The position numbers and the translations under genes are program-made. From NCBI GenBank assembly GCA_050949565.1, contig JBMNFY010000017.1, positions 1,248,001 to 1,312,000 on the forward strand: a stretch of 64,000 nt of DNA. The letters are read 5' to 3'. This DNA is from Kiritimatiellia bacterium. GTDB taxonomy: Bacteria; Verrucomicrobiota; Kiritimatiellia; RFP12; UBA1067. The number at the start of each line of letters is the position of its first letter. Position 1 is the first letter of the stretch. Of the stretch, positions 42,344 through 51,098 are shown piece after piece. The notes under the pieces were generated by a model. That model ran no database searches and was not told the DNA's origin. It saw only the letters and a list, made by a program, of their open reading frames with translations.

Positions 42344-43315
42344 TCATGTGAAGTTCGCGCCGACGATTTCGCCCGTGGCGGCGTCGACATAGATAAGGAT
42401 GTCGGGCGGAATCGACCGCAAACCGCCTTCATACACTTTTGTGCCGATTGTTTCATACGTCACCACCCAGCAAAGTCGCGTTTCTTCCGGCGGCTTGTCA
42501 CGCATCCATACTGCCCGCTTGGGGTCAAGTAACCAGTTGGGGGCCGCAATAAGAAGTTCGGCTTTCTTGATGCCCCTCACTTTAAAATCAGGGAGGCGGC
42601 ACATCCGATAGAACGGAGTCTTCATCACTAGGGGCACCGCTTTTTCTCCTTTTGCCACGGCATCCTCACGGGATATCTTCACGTCTGTCGTGCAGGGGGG
42701 CGGCAAAACATCATAGCAGTAGAAACCGAGGAATCCGTAACGCTCATGGAAACTGACACTGACAGATTGTGATAGAAATGTCAGAAATGAATCAAATCTG
42801 TATCCCTGAAATGTGCGATCCCATCCGACATACCATTCATATGGGGCATAATAACCGAACACGACCTCTCTCAAACGGATGGGGTACGGTATCTTGACGC
42901 CGATGATATCCAGATAATTCTGGGCGCGTTCGACAGCCTCGTTTGTGGTCAGCGATTGGATACACTGCACGTTGTTTGTCTTTAGGAATCTCATCAGAGA
43001 ATCGTTCCAAATCGTTGTCAGTCGATTGTTCGGTTGCTCCAGAATGAAACACAATTGGCCGCGGATGTCGGCCCGAGTGCCCATTTCATCCGTTTTTATC
43101 ACATGGTACTCTTCGTCAAGGCGGAACGGCTGACGATAAATATCTGCGAACGGGACGTCGGTGGGTGCCAGTTTGGGGGCAAGGGTAGCATACCACTGCT
43201 TGGCGACCGCGATCGCACGATCCACCTCCGGCCCTTCGCGGATAATAGTGCCCTCATCCGCAAGAACGAAAAGAGCCATTAGACATCCAAGGACAAATAC
43301 AGTCTTTAAGTGCAT
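42344..43315 (-). CDS. Exported protein with C-terminal PepSY-like motif (candidate immunity/inhibitor 2)
   Basis: Signal peptide; DVKISREDA..; ends IYVDAATGEIVGANFT; paralog of 43432-44382; AT-richer. Confidence 0.7.
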   Translation of the reverse strand: MHLKTVFVLGCLMALFVLADEGTIIREGPEVDRAIAVAKQWYATLAPKLAPTDVPFADIYRQPFRLDEEYHVIKTDEMGTRADIRGQLCFILEQPNNRLTTIWNDSLMRFLKTNNVQCIQSLTTNEAVERAQNYLDIIGVKIPYPIRLREVVFGYYAPYEWYVGWDRTFQGYRFDSFLTFLSQSVSVSFHERYGFLGFYCYDVLPPPCTTDVKISREDAVAKGEKAVPLVMKTPFYRMCRLPDFKVRGIKKAELLIAAPNWLLDPKRAVWMRDKPPEETRLCWVVTYETIGTKVYEGGLRSIPPDILIYVDAATGEIVGANFT

Positions 43316-43368
43316 CAGTTACCTTTCTTCAGATCAACGACGTTGTTCGTGCTACCGTAAAGCTTCAT
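43315..43368 (-). pseudogene. Orphan remnant of the C-terminal tip of a paralog of the 1639-aa protein
   Basis: MKLYGSTNNVVDLKKGN* vs MKIYGATDNVIDKTTN; TGATG overlap with the downstream start. Confidence 0.7.
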
Positions 43369-43431
43369 TCCATGCGTCGGGGATTACACCATGCGCAACG
43401 ACACCCGTGTCCTCTAACGCATGTCTCCTTA

Positions 43432-44382
43432 TCATGTGAAGTTCGCCCCGACGATCTCGCCTGTGGCGGCGTCGATGTAGACCCGGAAAAACGGCGGAAC
43501 CAGCAGTTCGCCGGGTTCTGTCTTCCCGGTGTATTCGCTTGCGAGCGAGACCACCCAGCACAGGCGCGTTTCTTCTGGCACCCCCCGTCTCAACCAGATG
43601 GCCCGCTTCGGGTCGAGCAGCCAGTTCGGCGCGGCGATGAGCAATTCCGCCTTAAGCACGCCGGACACCTTGAACCCCGGCAGACGGCATTGCAGATAAT
43701 ACGGCGACCGCTGGATGAGCGGGACGGCCAGGACAGCCTTGTCTGCGGCGGCCTCCGCAGAAATCTTCACATCCATCCGTTTGGGGGCAGGATAGTCGTA
43801 GCGCCCGTAAAAGCCGATGAAGCCGTATTTTTCGCTGATTCGGACTTCGATTTGCTGCGCCTCGTAATTGATAAACGAATCATACCCTATGTTGTTGACT
43901 CGGGGTTCCCAAACGACTACCCACGCAGGCTCTTTATTTTTTCCATACAGAACGGATTTCACATACATGTTCGTCGGCAGGGAAACGCCGAGCACAGAGA
44001 TGTATTCCTTCGCCTGCTCGACCGCCCGTTGCGGAGTCCATGCCGGAACCCTTTGTACATTGTTTGTTCCGTTGTATGACCTCAGACGATGATTGTACAC
44101 CGCAATCAGTCTGGGAGGGTGCTCGTCCACCATATGGAAATCCAACTGCGCCGCCACTAAAAAAACAGACGGATAGTAGTCGAAATCTTTGCGTTCGCAC
44201 CCCCAGCGTTCAAGTGTCAGTTTATTTTTGTATATATTTGCAAAAGGGACGTTGGACGGGGTTAACGTCGCAACAACGCGATCATAGAAGTTTGAAACTC
44301 CTTTCAGCGTTGCCTCGGATATTCCGCCGGCAAACAAGCACTGTGTGAAAAAAAAGACAGCGAATAGAACGAGTGATCTCAT
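43432..44382 (-). CDS. Exported protein with C-terminal PepSY-like motif (candidate immunity/inhibitor 1)
   Basis: Signal peptide; ends VYIDAATGEIVGANFT; ATGA overlap with the upstream large gene. Confidence 0.7.
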   Translation of the reverse strand: MRSLVLFAVFFFTQCLFAGGISEATLKGVSNFYDRVVATLTPSNVPFANIYKNKLTLERWGCERKDFDYYPSVFLVAAQLDFHMVDEHPPRLIAVYNHRLRSYNGTNNVQRVPAWTPQRAVEQAKEYISVLGVSLPTNMYVKSVLYGKNKEPAWVVVWEPRVNNIGYDSFINYEAQQIEVRISEKYGFIGFYGRYDYPAPKRMDVKISAEAAADKAVLAVPLIQRSPYYLQCRLPGFKVSGVLKAELLIAAPNWLLDPKRAIWLRRGVPEETRLCWVVSLASEYTGKTEPGELLVPPFFRVYIDAATGEIVGANFT

Positions 44383-47300
44383 GGCGCGTTTTCCGTGTTC
44401 GTTGTTTTATCGATTACATTGTCTGTTGCCCCGTAAATCTTCATAAACCGTTCATCCCTGTCGGAGGTGGGAGCCAGCGCATTATGCTGATCTAAAAAAG
44501 CAGTATGCGCCTGCTGGACCGTTTTTCTGCCCTTGAGGTTGTTCAGGAACTCGGATGTCCACCTTTGCGCGGCGGTGGGATTCATGGTCCATGCCCAGCC
44601 CATGTAGGCGGAGTCCGCGCCGAAGGCGTCTGCGAAATCCATGCACTCGGCGACCAGATTGTCGTTGGCCCGCGCCGCGGCCTTGTGCGCCTCGATGCCG
44701 GCGTCGCCCCCGAGCAAGTTGAGCGGCATCTCCATCCTCACGTCCCACTCCTCCAATCGCTGGGTCATCGCCGAGCAGCAGCCGTCAACCATGACCAGCT
44801 TGTAGTCCAGATCCCTGTCCTCAAGGTCTTGGGTCCTGATCCGTTCTTCCGTCGCGAGTTCCAGCCCGTCAAAGGTGACGGCCCCGGTGCTCTTGCTGAC
44901 GAGCAGCTTGGCGTGGGACATAGAGTACCAGACTCCCTTGTTCTTTACACGCGACATCACCCAGTCCTTGGTTGCCTTTTTGTGCAGGTCGACCGTGTAG
45001 CGCAGGTCTTTGATCGGCTGCGCGATAAGGGCCGCCTCGTTCAAGCCCGCGCCCCAGCTTGTCCCGACGTCCAGCGACCGCCAGACCAGCGCGTCTTTTT
45101 CCGGCGGCACCTCTTTCTTCACGGGCGTGCAGCCGGTGAGGAACGCGACCGCCGAGACGCTGTGCGCCATCGGGTTCTTCCACCTCAAGTGTTCCGCGTC
45201 GATGCGCAAGGGCGTGTAGCCGGGCGGCGGGTCGGCGTCGAGTTCGCCGTCCGGGATCAGGATGAAGGCTTGGTCGGAAAGCAGGCCGCCGCCGGAAGCG
45301 GAGAAGGTGACCGTCCGGTCGCCGAAGGAGAGCGGGGACGGGCCTGCGCCGTAAGTCCCGGTCACGCTGTCCACGGAGGTGGTGAGCGAGACGGATGCCA
45401 GCAGGTCCTGCGGGAGCCCCGTGATCCTGATGCGCCACGGCGCGAAATCGGGCACGGCGAGCGCGGACGCGGGGAGGTCGGTCGGGACCGGCGGGTTGTA
45501 GTTCCGGTAGACGCCGGACTGCGGCGCGGTCTCCCAGACCGTGAAGACGGCGTTGGAAAGCCCGAACCCGTCCGTGACGGCGAGGCGGGGCGTTCCCGCC
45601 GCCGCAGACAGCCGGACGGAGAAGCTGCCGTTCGTGAAGGCGCCCGAGCCGGGGGCGGTCTCCGTCAGCCCGGTGTCGTCGGAGAGCGTCTCCGTGGTGA
45701 TGCGGAGGTCCGCGATGCGGGGGACGGCGGACGGCGCTCCCGCGCTGAAGACCAGCCCGAACAAGGTGTTTTCGAAGGCTGAACTTTCCGCCGACGTTTC
45801 AACGCAGGGGTAAACCGCGTTGGTGACGCCGAGCGCGGGGAAGGTGACAGACGCGCTGACCCACTCCTGGACGTTGGTGTCGGCAAGCAGCGCCCCTGAA
45901 AGCGTGACGCAAGAGGCCCCGTTCGTAAAAAAGAGGCTGTCCGGGGCGGTCTCGGTCAATACGCAAGATGCGCCGAGATACGTCACGGCGGCAGAACGGA
46001 GACCGGCGGCGTTTGTCGGGGACAACGTGAACGCGAGGTCGCTGCCGGGGCAATCATAGACCGGCTCGCCTTTGCCGATGCCGTCGGATGGTGTGAAGAC
46101 GGGCAGATGGGCCATCGGCTGACCTTCGTCCTCGCCCTCGGCATGCACAAACTCAATGTCCCACGCCACGATCTTCTGGGTGGCTTCGGCGCGGAAGCGG
46201 TGGCGGCGGTCGTATTTCGGGCCGTAGAACTCGAAGGTGAGTTCGGCGTCGCCGGGCCCGAGGAACTCGGCGTAGACTTCAAGGTCGGTGAAGCGGTCGG
46301 GGAAGTCATGTATGGACACGTCATCCGGGGAGCCGGTGCGTGAGAGGAGCGGCGTGCCGTTCGTAGACGCGGGCGCGGGCCAGACCCGGAAGCGGGCGTT
46401 GCCGGAGGCATGGAGCCGGAGCGTCCCGGGCACGCCGGCGCCGACGTATGCCGAGAGCCGCACCTTCTTCAGCGCGTTGCTGGCGGCGCCGACGTGCCAC
46501 GTCCGGTTGGAGGAGAGGACGAGGACGGCGTGGTCCGGCGCGCCGGGCAGGGTGGAGGCGACCGCGCCGTCGCCGTCGGCGTCGGGCATCAGCGCGACGC
46601 CGAGGACGGTGACGCGGTTGGTGGCGTAGTGGTGGCGCTGCCAGGTCTCATGGCCGTCGTGCACGGTCTCGGTCCAGTGCCAGACGAGCGCGTCGGCCCA
46701 CGGGCCGGGGCTGGGGGCCAACCCTTCGGCGTAGACGCGCTGGCTCTGCATGATCGAGCCGGAGAAGGCCGTTTGTTTGCCGGTGTCCCGCCAGAGCCTG
46801 ACGCGGGAGGACGCGGAGGCGAGTTCCGCCCCGGGCTCTTCCGCCCAGCCGTGGCCCGGGCACTGGCAGCAGGCGGGGCCGAGCGGCACGAGGGGGGCGA
46901 GGTCGGGGTCCGGCTCGTCCGCCGTCCACGGGGCCTGTTCCCGGTCTTCCTGCAGGTCACCGTCGTCGTCGTTGGCATTGAGGATGAGCAGGATGTTTTC
47001 GTTGCGCCCCCAGGGCGGGTGGTCGGGCTCGTCCGGTTCGCCGGGATCGCCGCCGGGGCCGGGGTCGCCAGGTTCGTCTGGATCGTCGGAGCCGGGATCG
47101 TGGAGGCGGGCGCATGCGTCCCGTGTGCAGTCGTGCTCGTGGCACCAGTCCGCGGGACACTCCGGGTACGGGCAGCCGTGCCTGGGGCAGACCGGCGGCG
47201 GGGAGCACTCCGAGACGTCGCAGTTGTGGAGGAAGCACCACACCGGCGAGCTGTTGCCGTGGTCGCAGGCGCACAGCGCGTCCTCGCAGTCGTGCGCGAG

Positions 47301-49298
47301 GCACCACGCCGGGGCGGGCTCCTCCGGCAGGATGCAGGTGTGGATGTCGACCCAGTCGGTTTTCGCGGCGGACGCGCCCTCGGCCGTGAAGCTGAGTCCC
47401 AGCGCGCCGCTTTTCGGCATCGTCAGGTTGACGTGGGGGCGGTCCCCCGGAAGCGGGGTCCCGTTCAGCCGCCATGCGTACGCGCCGCGCATCGGCGGGG
47501 TGATTTTTGCCGCCAGGCTCTTCCTGCCCGCCGAGTGGAAGCAGACGGTCCCGCCGCGCTCCCGCGCCGCCGTCGGCGCCCGGACGGCGACGAGGGGTTG
47601 GGCGATCAGTCCGGCGGCGACCGGCGCGCCCGGCGGGAGCGTCATGCCGTCCCCGAACGCCGCCGCCCCGGCGCCGCCGGGCTGGAACGCCGCACAGCCG
47701 CCGCCGGCCGTCAGCGAGAGCCGCACCCAGCCCCCTTGGGCCGACCACAGCGAGACCGGCCAGGCGGCCCCCTCGTCCAGCCAGAAGGTCCATGTCCCGG
47801 TCCTGTCGATCAGGAGCCGCCGGTTTCCGACCGCCAGCACGGCGGGGGCTGCCGGGACGGCCTTGACCTCGACGGTGACGGGGAACATCGCGGCCGAGCC
47901 GTCGTGCCGCAGGGGCGTGCTGCCGTCGTTGAACGGGTCGGAGCACAGAAGCCCCTCCAGCCAGTCGGGGAACCCGTCGCCGTCGCTGTCCAGTTCCGCG
48001 TCGGCGCCGGCCGCCAGCCCGTTGAGGTCGGCGAGGATCCGGCGCCGCACGGCATCGGGATCGGTCTCGGGGGTCAGCGGGGCGGGGTCGATGCCGTCCC
48101 GCAGGCCGTCGCCGTCGGTGTCGGGGTCGAGGGGGTCCGTGCCGAGGGCGATTTCCGCGCCGTCGTCCGCCCCGTCGCCGTCGCTGTCGGCGCGGCGCGG
48201 GTCGGTGCCGTGGATGAGCAGTTCGTCATAGATGGAGAGGCCGTCGCCGTCGTGGTCGTCAATGGCCGGGTCGAGCAGGCCGAAGGCGCGCCAGCGCAGT
48301 TCGAGGCCGTCGGCGAGCGCGGAGGGATCGTCGAGGGCGAAGGCCTCGCCGCCGCCGTTGTGCCGGGCGCCGATGAAGAGGTTGGTGAAGGCGTGGCCGG
48401 GGGATCGGAGCGCGGAGCCGGCCGGTATTTTGTACCGGAAGCGGAAATCGCCGTTCCCGGAGAGTTCGGACTGGAAGGAGACCGGGCAGTTGGTGTCGCG
48501 CCCGGCGTAGAGGTTCTCCCAGGCCAGCAGCAGGCCGCCCGAGGGCGTGGGCGCGTGCCAGAAGCGCCCCTGCGGCGGCACGGTGCCGAGGCTGCCGTGC
48601 AGCGGCGCGAGCAGGCTGGCGTTCTCGGGCACGGAGGAGGGTTTCGGCGTGGACAACGGGTCCCGGAACGACACCAGCCCGGAACTCGACACGTAAAGGC
48701 CCTCGACCTGATTGGTGCCGAGGATGAAGGACCAGCCGTTTGTCCGCAGCCAGAAGATGTCCTCGGCGACGCCGTAGACGGTCCACGGCGCGTGGACGAC
48801 CGCGTTGGAGGGGGCCGCCAGCCACGCGGCGGGGTTGGTCGCGGCGGAGACGAGGGCGAAGCCGGCGGCGTACTGGCCGGGGGTGAGGAAGCCGGGGGTG
48901 GCACCCAGCGATGCGTAGTCGAAGGGCAGGGCCGGGGCGCCGCCGGACTGCGGGGAGGCGGCACCGCCGGAGGCGGGCGCCGCCGGGGGCGGGGTGTTTG
49001 TGGAGGGGGGCGTGCCCCCCGCCGGGGGCGGCGCGCTCCCCGCAGCCGACCCTTGGTATTGGGCGGCGGGCACGGGCTCCGGGGCGCCGGAGGGAGCGCC
49101 GGGGCCGGGTTTGGGCTTGGAGCCGCCGTAGATGCAGAGCGCGACGACGAGCGCCAGGACGAGCATCTGGTCGAAGCGGGACTGAGCCCGGAAGTTGCGT
49201 ATCGGGTCGCGGAAGACGCCGTCGGTCTCGCAGGCGCGGGCGATGAACCACAGCACGAAAGCGATGCCGAGGAACCAGAAAAGCATGGCAGGTGTCAT
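44379..49298 (-). CDS. 1639-aa membrane-anchored/exported protein with DxDGDG Ca-binding repeats, Cys/His repeats and a caspase-like (clan CD) C-terminal domain; candidate polymorphic effector
   Basis: Start MTPAMLFWF with RBS GAAGGGG; two hydrophobic N-terminal segments; Pro-rich linker; DHDGDG/DSDGDG/DTDGDG; VWYSMSHA and LVMVDGCCS. Confidence 0.7.
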   Translation of the reverse strand: MTPAMLFWFLGIAFVLWFIARACETDGVFRDPIRNFRAQSRFDQMLVLALVVALCIYGGSKPKPGPGAPSGAPEPVPAAQYQGSAAGSAPPPAGGTPPSTNTPPPAAPASGGAASPQSGGAPALPFDYASLGATPGFLTPGQYAAGFALVSAATNPAAWLAAPSNAVVHAPWTVYGVAEDIFWLRTNGWSFILGTNQVEGLYVSSSGLVSFRDPLSTPKPSSVPENASLLAPLHGSLGTVPPQGRFWHAPTPSGGLLLAWENLYAGRDTNCPVSFQSELSGNGDFRFRYKIPAGSALRSPGHAFTNLFIGARHNGGGEAFALDDPSALADGLELRWRAFGLLDPAIDDHDGDGLSIYDELLIHGTDPRRADSDGDGADDGAEIALGTDPLDPDTDGDGLRDGIDPAPLTPETDPDAVRRRILADLNGLAAGADAELDSDGDGFPDWLEGLLCSDPFNDGSTPLRHDGSAAMFPVTVEVKAVPAAPAVLAVGNRRLLIDRTGTWTFWLDEGAAWPVSLWSAQGGWVRLSLTAGGGCAAFQPGGAGAAAFGDGMTLPPGAPVAAGLIAQPLVAVRAPTAARERGGTVCFHSAGRKSLAAKITPPMRGAYAWRLNGTPLPGDRPHVNLTMPKSGALGLSFTAEGASAAKTDWVDIHTCILPEEPAPAWCLAHDCEDALCACDHGNSSPVWCFLHNCDVSECSPPPVCPRHGCPYPECPADWCHEHDCTRDACARLHDPGSDDPDEPGDPGPGGDPGEPDEPDHPPWGRNENILLILNANDDDGDLQEDREQAPWTADEPDPDLAPLVPLGPACCQCPGHGWAEEPGAELASASSRVRLWRDTGKQTAFSGSIMQSQRVYAEGLAPSPGPWADALVWHWTETVHDGHETWQRHHYATNRVTVLGVALMPDADGDGAVASTLPGAPDHAVLVLSSNRTWHVGAASNALKKVRLSAYVGAGVPGTLRLHASGNARFRVWPAPASTNGTPLLSRTGSPDDVSIHDFPDRFTDLEVYAEFLGPGDAELTFEFYGPKYDRRHRFRAEATQKIVAWDIEFVHAEGEDEGQPMAHLPVFTPSDGIGKGEPVYDCPGSDLAFTLSPTNAAGLRSAAVTYLGASCVLTETAPDSLFFTNGASCVTLSGALLADTNVQEWVSASVTFPALGVTNAVYPCVETSAESSAFENTLFGLVFSAGAPSAVPRIADLRITTETLSDDTGLTETAPGSGAFTNGSFSVRLSAAAGTPRLAVTDGFGLSNAVFTVWETAPQSGVYRNYNPPVPTDLPASALAVPDFAPWRIRITGLPQDLLASVSLTTSVDSVTGTYGAGPSPLSFGDRTVTFSASGGGLLSDQAFILIPDGELDADPPPGYTPLRIDAEHLRWKNPMAHSVSAVAFLTGCTPVKKEVPPEKDALVWRSLDVGTSWGAGLNEAALIAQPIKDLRYTVDLHKKATKDWVMSRVKNKGVWYSMSHAKLLVSKSTGAVTFDGLELATEERIRTQDLEDRDLDYKLVMVDGCCSAMTQRLEEWDVRMEMPLNLLGGDAGIEAHKAAARANDNLVAECMDFADAFGADSAYMGWAWTMNPTAAQRWTSEFLNNLKGRKTVQQAHTAFLDQHNALAPTSDRDERFMKIYGATDNVIDKTTNTENAP

Positions 49299-49314
49299 GT
49301 CCGTGTCCCCTTCG

Positions 49315-49914
49315 TCATTTGATGGTGATGCGCGCGCCGTCCGGGGCGGACACGGTTTTGATGCGTTCCTGCGGCGCGTCCGCGCCGCGCGCGGTGACGC
49401 GCAGGGTGTCCCATGTTCCGGGGCGCAGCCATTCCGGGAGGGGCGGCTGGGGGAGGCCCGCGAAGGCGACCGCGCCGTCGCGGTCGGTGAAGGCCGGGGG
49501 CAGACAGACACCCGAAGCAGTGACGCGGATGAGGGCGGTGAGCCTCTGCGTGCCGTTGGACGAGGCGGCGGGGACGGCGTGGCGGGCGCGCAGGCCGCGC
49601 GGCGACAGGAACCACCCGCCGCGGTCCCAGCCGACGGCAAGGTCGGTCTCGCCCGCGTCGAGCGCGCCGTCCGCCGGGGCGGCGTCGCGGCCCAGGCAGA
49701 CCTGGACGTGGTTGGAGGGCGTGGCCTCGAAGACAAGCTCGAGGCGGAAGACGCGCGGGCCGCCGGGGCCGGCGGCGGGCAGGGCGTGCGTCGCCGACAC
49801 CTCGCGGTCGGCGGTCGCAGGCTCCGGCAGGCGCGGCACCTCCAGGGTGGCGGCACCCGCCGCCAGCGCGGCTGCGGTGATGACGGTGGCTATGGTTATT
49901 ACGTTGTGTTTCAT
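49315..49914 (-). CDS. Exported hypothetical protein (199 aa), first gene of the island operon
   Basis: RBS GAAGGGAA, signal peptide MKHNVITIATVITAAALAAGA, ends 16 nt before the large gene. Confidence 0.7.
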   Translation of the reverse strand: MKHNVITIATVITAAALAAGAATLEVPRLPEPATADREVSATHALPAAGPGGPRVFRLELVFEATPSNHVQVCLGRDAAPADGALDAGETDLAVGWDRGGWFLSPRGLRARHAVPAASSNGTQRLTALIRVTASGVCLPPAFTDRDGAVAFAGLPQPPLPEWLRPGTWDTLRVTARGADAPQERIKTVSAPDGARITIK

Positions 49915-50433
49915 CTCGTTCCCTTCACTCGGTCCTCCGGCAGGGAAAAGGCGCGGACCCCGCTCCGTGCCACCTACGAGGTACCGTCAAGGACCTTTGG
50001 AGAAGCCCGGCGACGAGGCCGCGCCCGATCGGGCGCGTCCCCGTGCATTCCGCTTCTCCTAGAATTTGACGGTTTTGGTAGGAAGCGTTCTGCGCGAAAG
50101 CGCAAAAATCAAATCAGTCTATGGGGGTTCGGTTCTCTTCTCGTTCTCCGGTTTTCTCTCTTGTCGTCCGCCAAGCGGCTCTCGTTCGCATGCGGCCTGC
50201 CGACTACCATCCAACAACAACGCCGCATTCCATCGTTGAGTGCATCTTATACTCACTGGCAGATAGAACGCAAGGCGAAAAATTCACAGCCTTTTCGCCA
50301 GAAACGCATGATCTTCGCATCCCCCCTGTCACCAACTGCGGATTACTTACGGTCAACGAGTTGACCTTGACGAAAAATGAAACGGATGGCATAACATAAA
50401 TTGTTCTAACAATTTTAGAGAAAGGATGTGCTT

Positions 50434-51090
50434 ATGTTACCTCGTACACAGGAACTTAGAAATTGGACCTCGGAGAAAAAATGCCGCAAGGTGGTGGATA
50501 ACCTGACCAAGAAACATTTCACTGCGGTGTATTGTGCCACTGCCAAGGAGGCCGCCGACTACATCATGAAAGAGGCTGCGTCAGCGCAGAGCATCGGCTT
50601 CGGCGGATCGCTCTCGGTGGCCGACCTCCAGATCACCGCGCGTTTGGCTGAGCAAGGCAAGGAGATCCTGAACCACGGTGCCCCGGATCTGACACCCGAG
50701 CAGCGGGTGGCGTTCATGAAGCGGCAGCAGACCTGCGACCTCTTTTTGAGCGGCACAAACGCTGTGACGCTGGATGGATGCCTGGTCAATATCGACGGTC
50801 ACGGCAACCGCGTCGCGGCCATGATCTACGGCCCCACGAAGGTGATCGTGGTGGCGGGTCGCAACAAGATCGTTGAAGGCGATATCGCGGACGCCATCCG
50901 TCGCATCAAGGACAAGGCCGCGCCGCCCAACGCCATGCGGCTGGAGCGGGAGACGCCGTGCGCGGCAACCGGTTTCTGCAACGACTGCGACGCGCCGCAC
51001 CGCATCTGTCATGTCACGACGATCATCGACAGCAAGCCGGGTGCCACCGACCTCCATGTGCTGGTCGTCAACGAAGACATGGGACTGTAA
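50434..51090 (+). CDS. LUD-domain (lactate utilisation-like) protein
   Basis: GFGGSLS, FLSGTNAVTLDGCLVNIDGHGNRVAAMIYGP, PCAATGFCNDC. Confidence 0.88.
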   Translation: MLPRTQELRNWTSEKKCRKVVDNLTKKHFTAVYCATAKEAADYIMKEAASAQSIGFGGSLSVADLQITARLAEQGKEILNHGAPDLTPEQRVAFMKRQQTCDLFLSGTNAVTLDGCLVNIDGHGNRVAAMIYGPTKVIVVAGRNKIVEGDIADAIRRIKDKAAPPNAMRLERETPCAATGFCNDCDAPHRICHVTTIIDSKPGATDLHVLVVNEDMGL

Positions 51091-51098
51091 GTAGCCGA

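Larger units (their letters stand above)
41784..50331. mobile_element. Putative non-autonomous transposon-like island (TG...CA ends, ~41-bp inverted repeats, CCAA duplication)
   Basis: Left TGACAGGGGGGCGCGAAGTTCACGCGTTTCTGGTGAAAAGG vs reverse complement of 50290-50331 TGACAGGGGGGATGCGAAGATCATGCGTTTCTGGCGAAAAGG; CCAA at 41780-41783 and 50332-50335; no transposase inside. Confidence 0.6.

Noticed and set aside
47095-47315. Multiheme cytochrome motif
   Set aside because: Pattern is CxxHxC, not CxxCH
46410-49322. Long plus-strand ORFs (970 aa, 493 aa) opposite the large gene
   Set aside because: Antisense shadows expected at very high GC; no recognisable motifs
49299-49856. N-terminal 186 aa of the 1825-aa ORF call
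   Set aside because: Overlaps the better 199-aa ORF in another frame; low-complexity shadow; RBS supports the start at 49298
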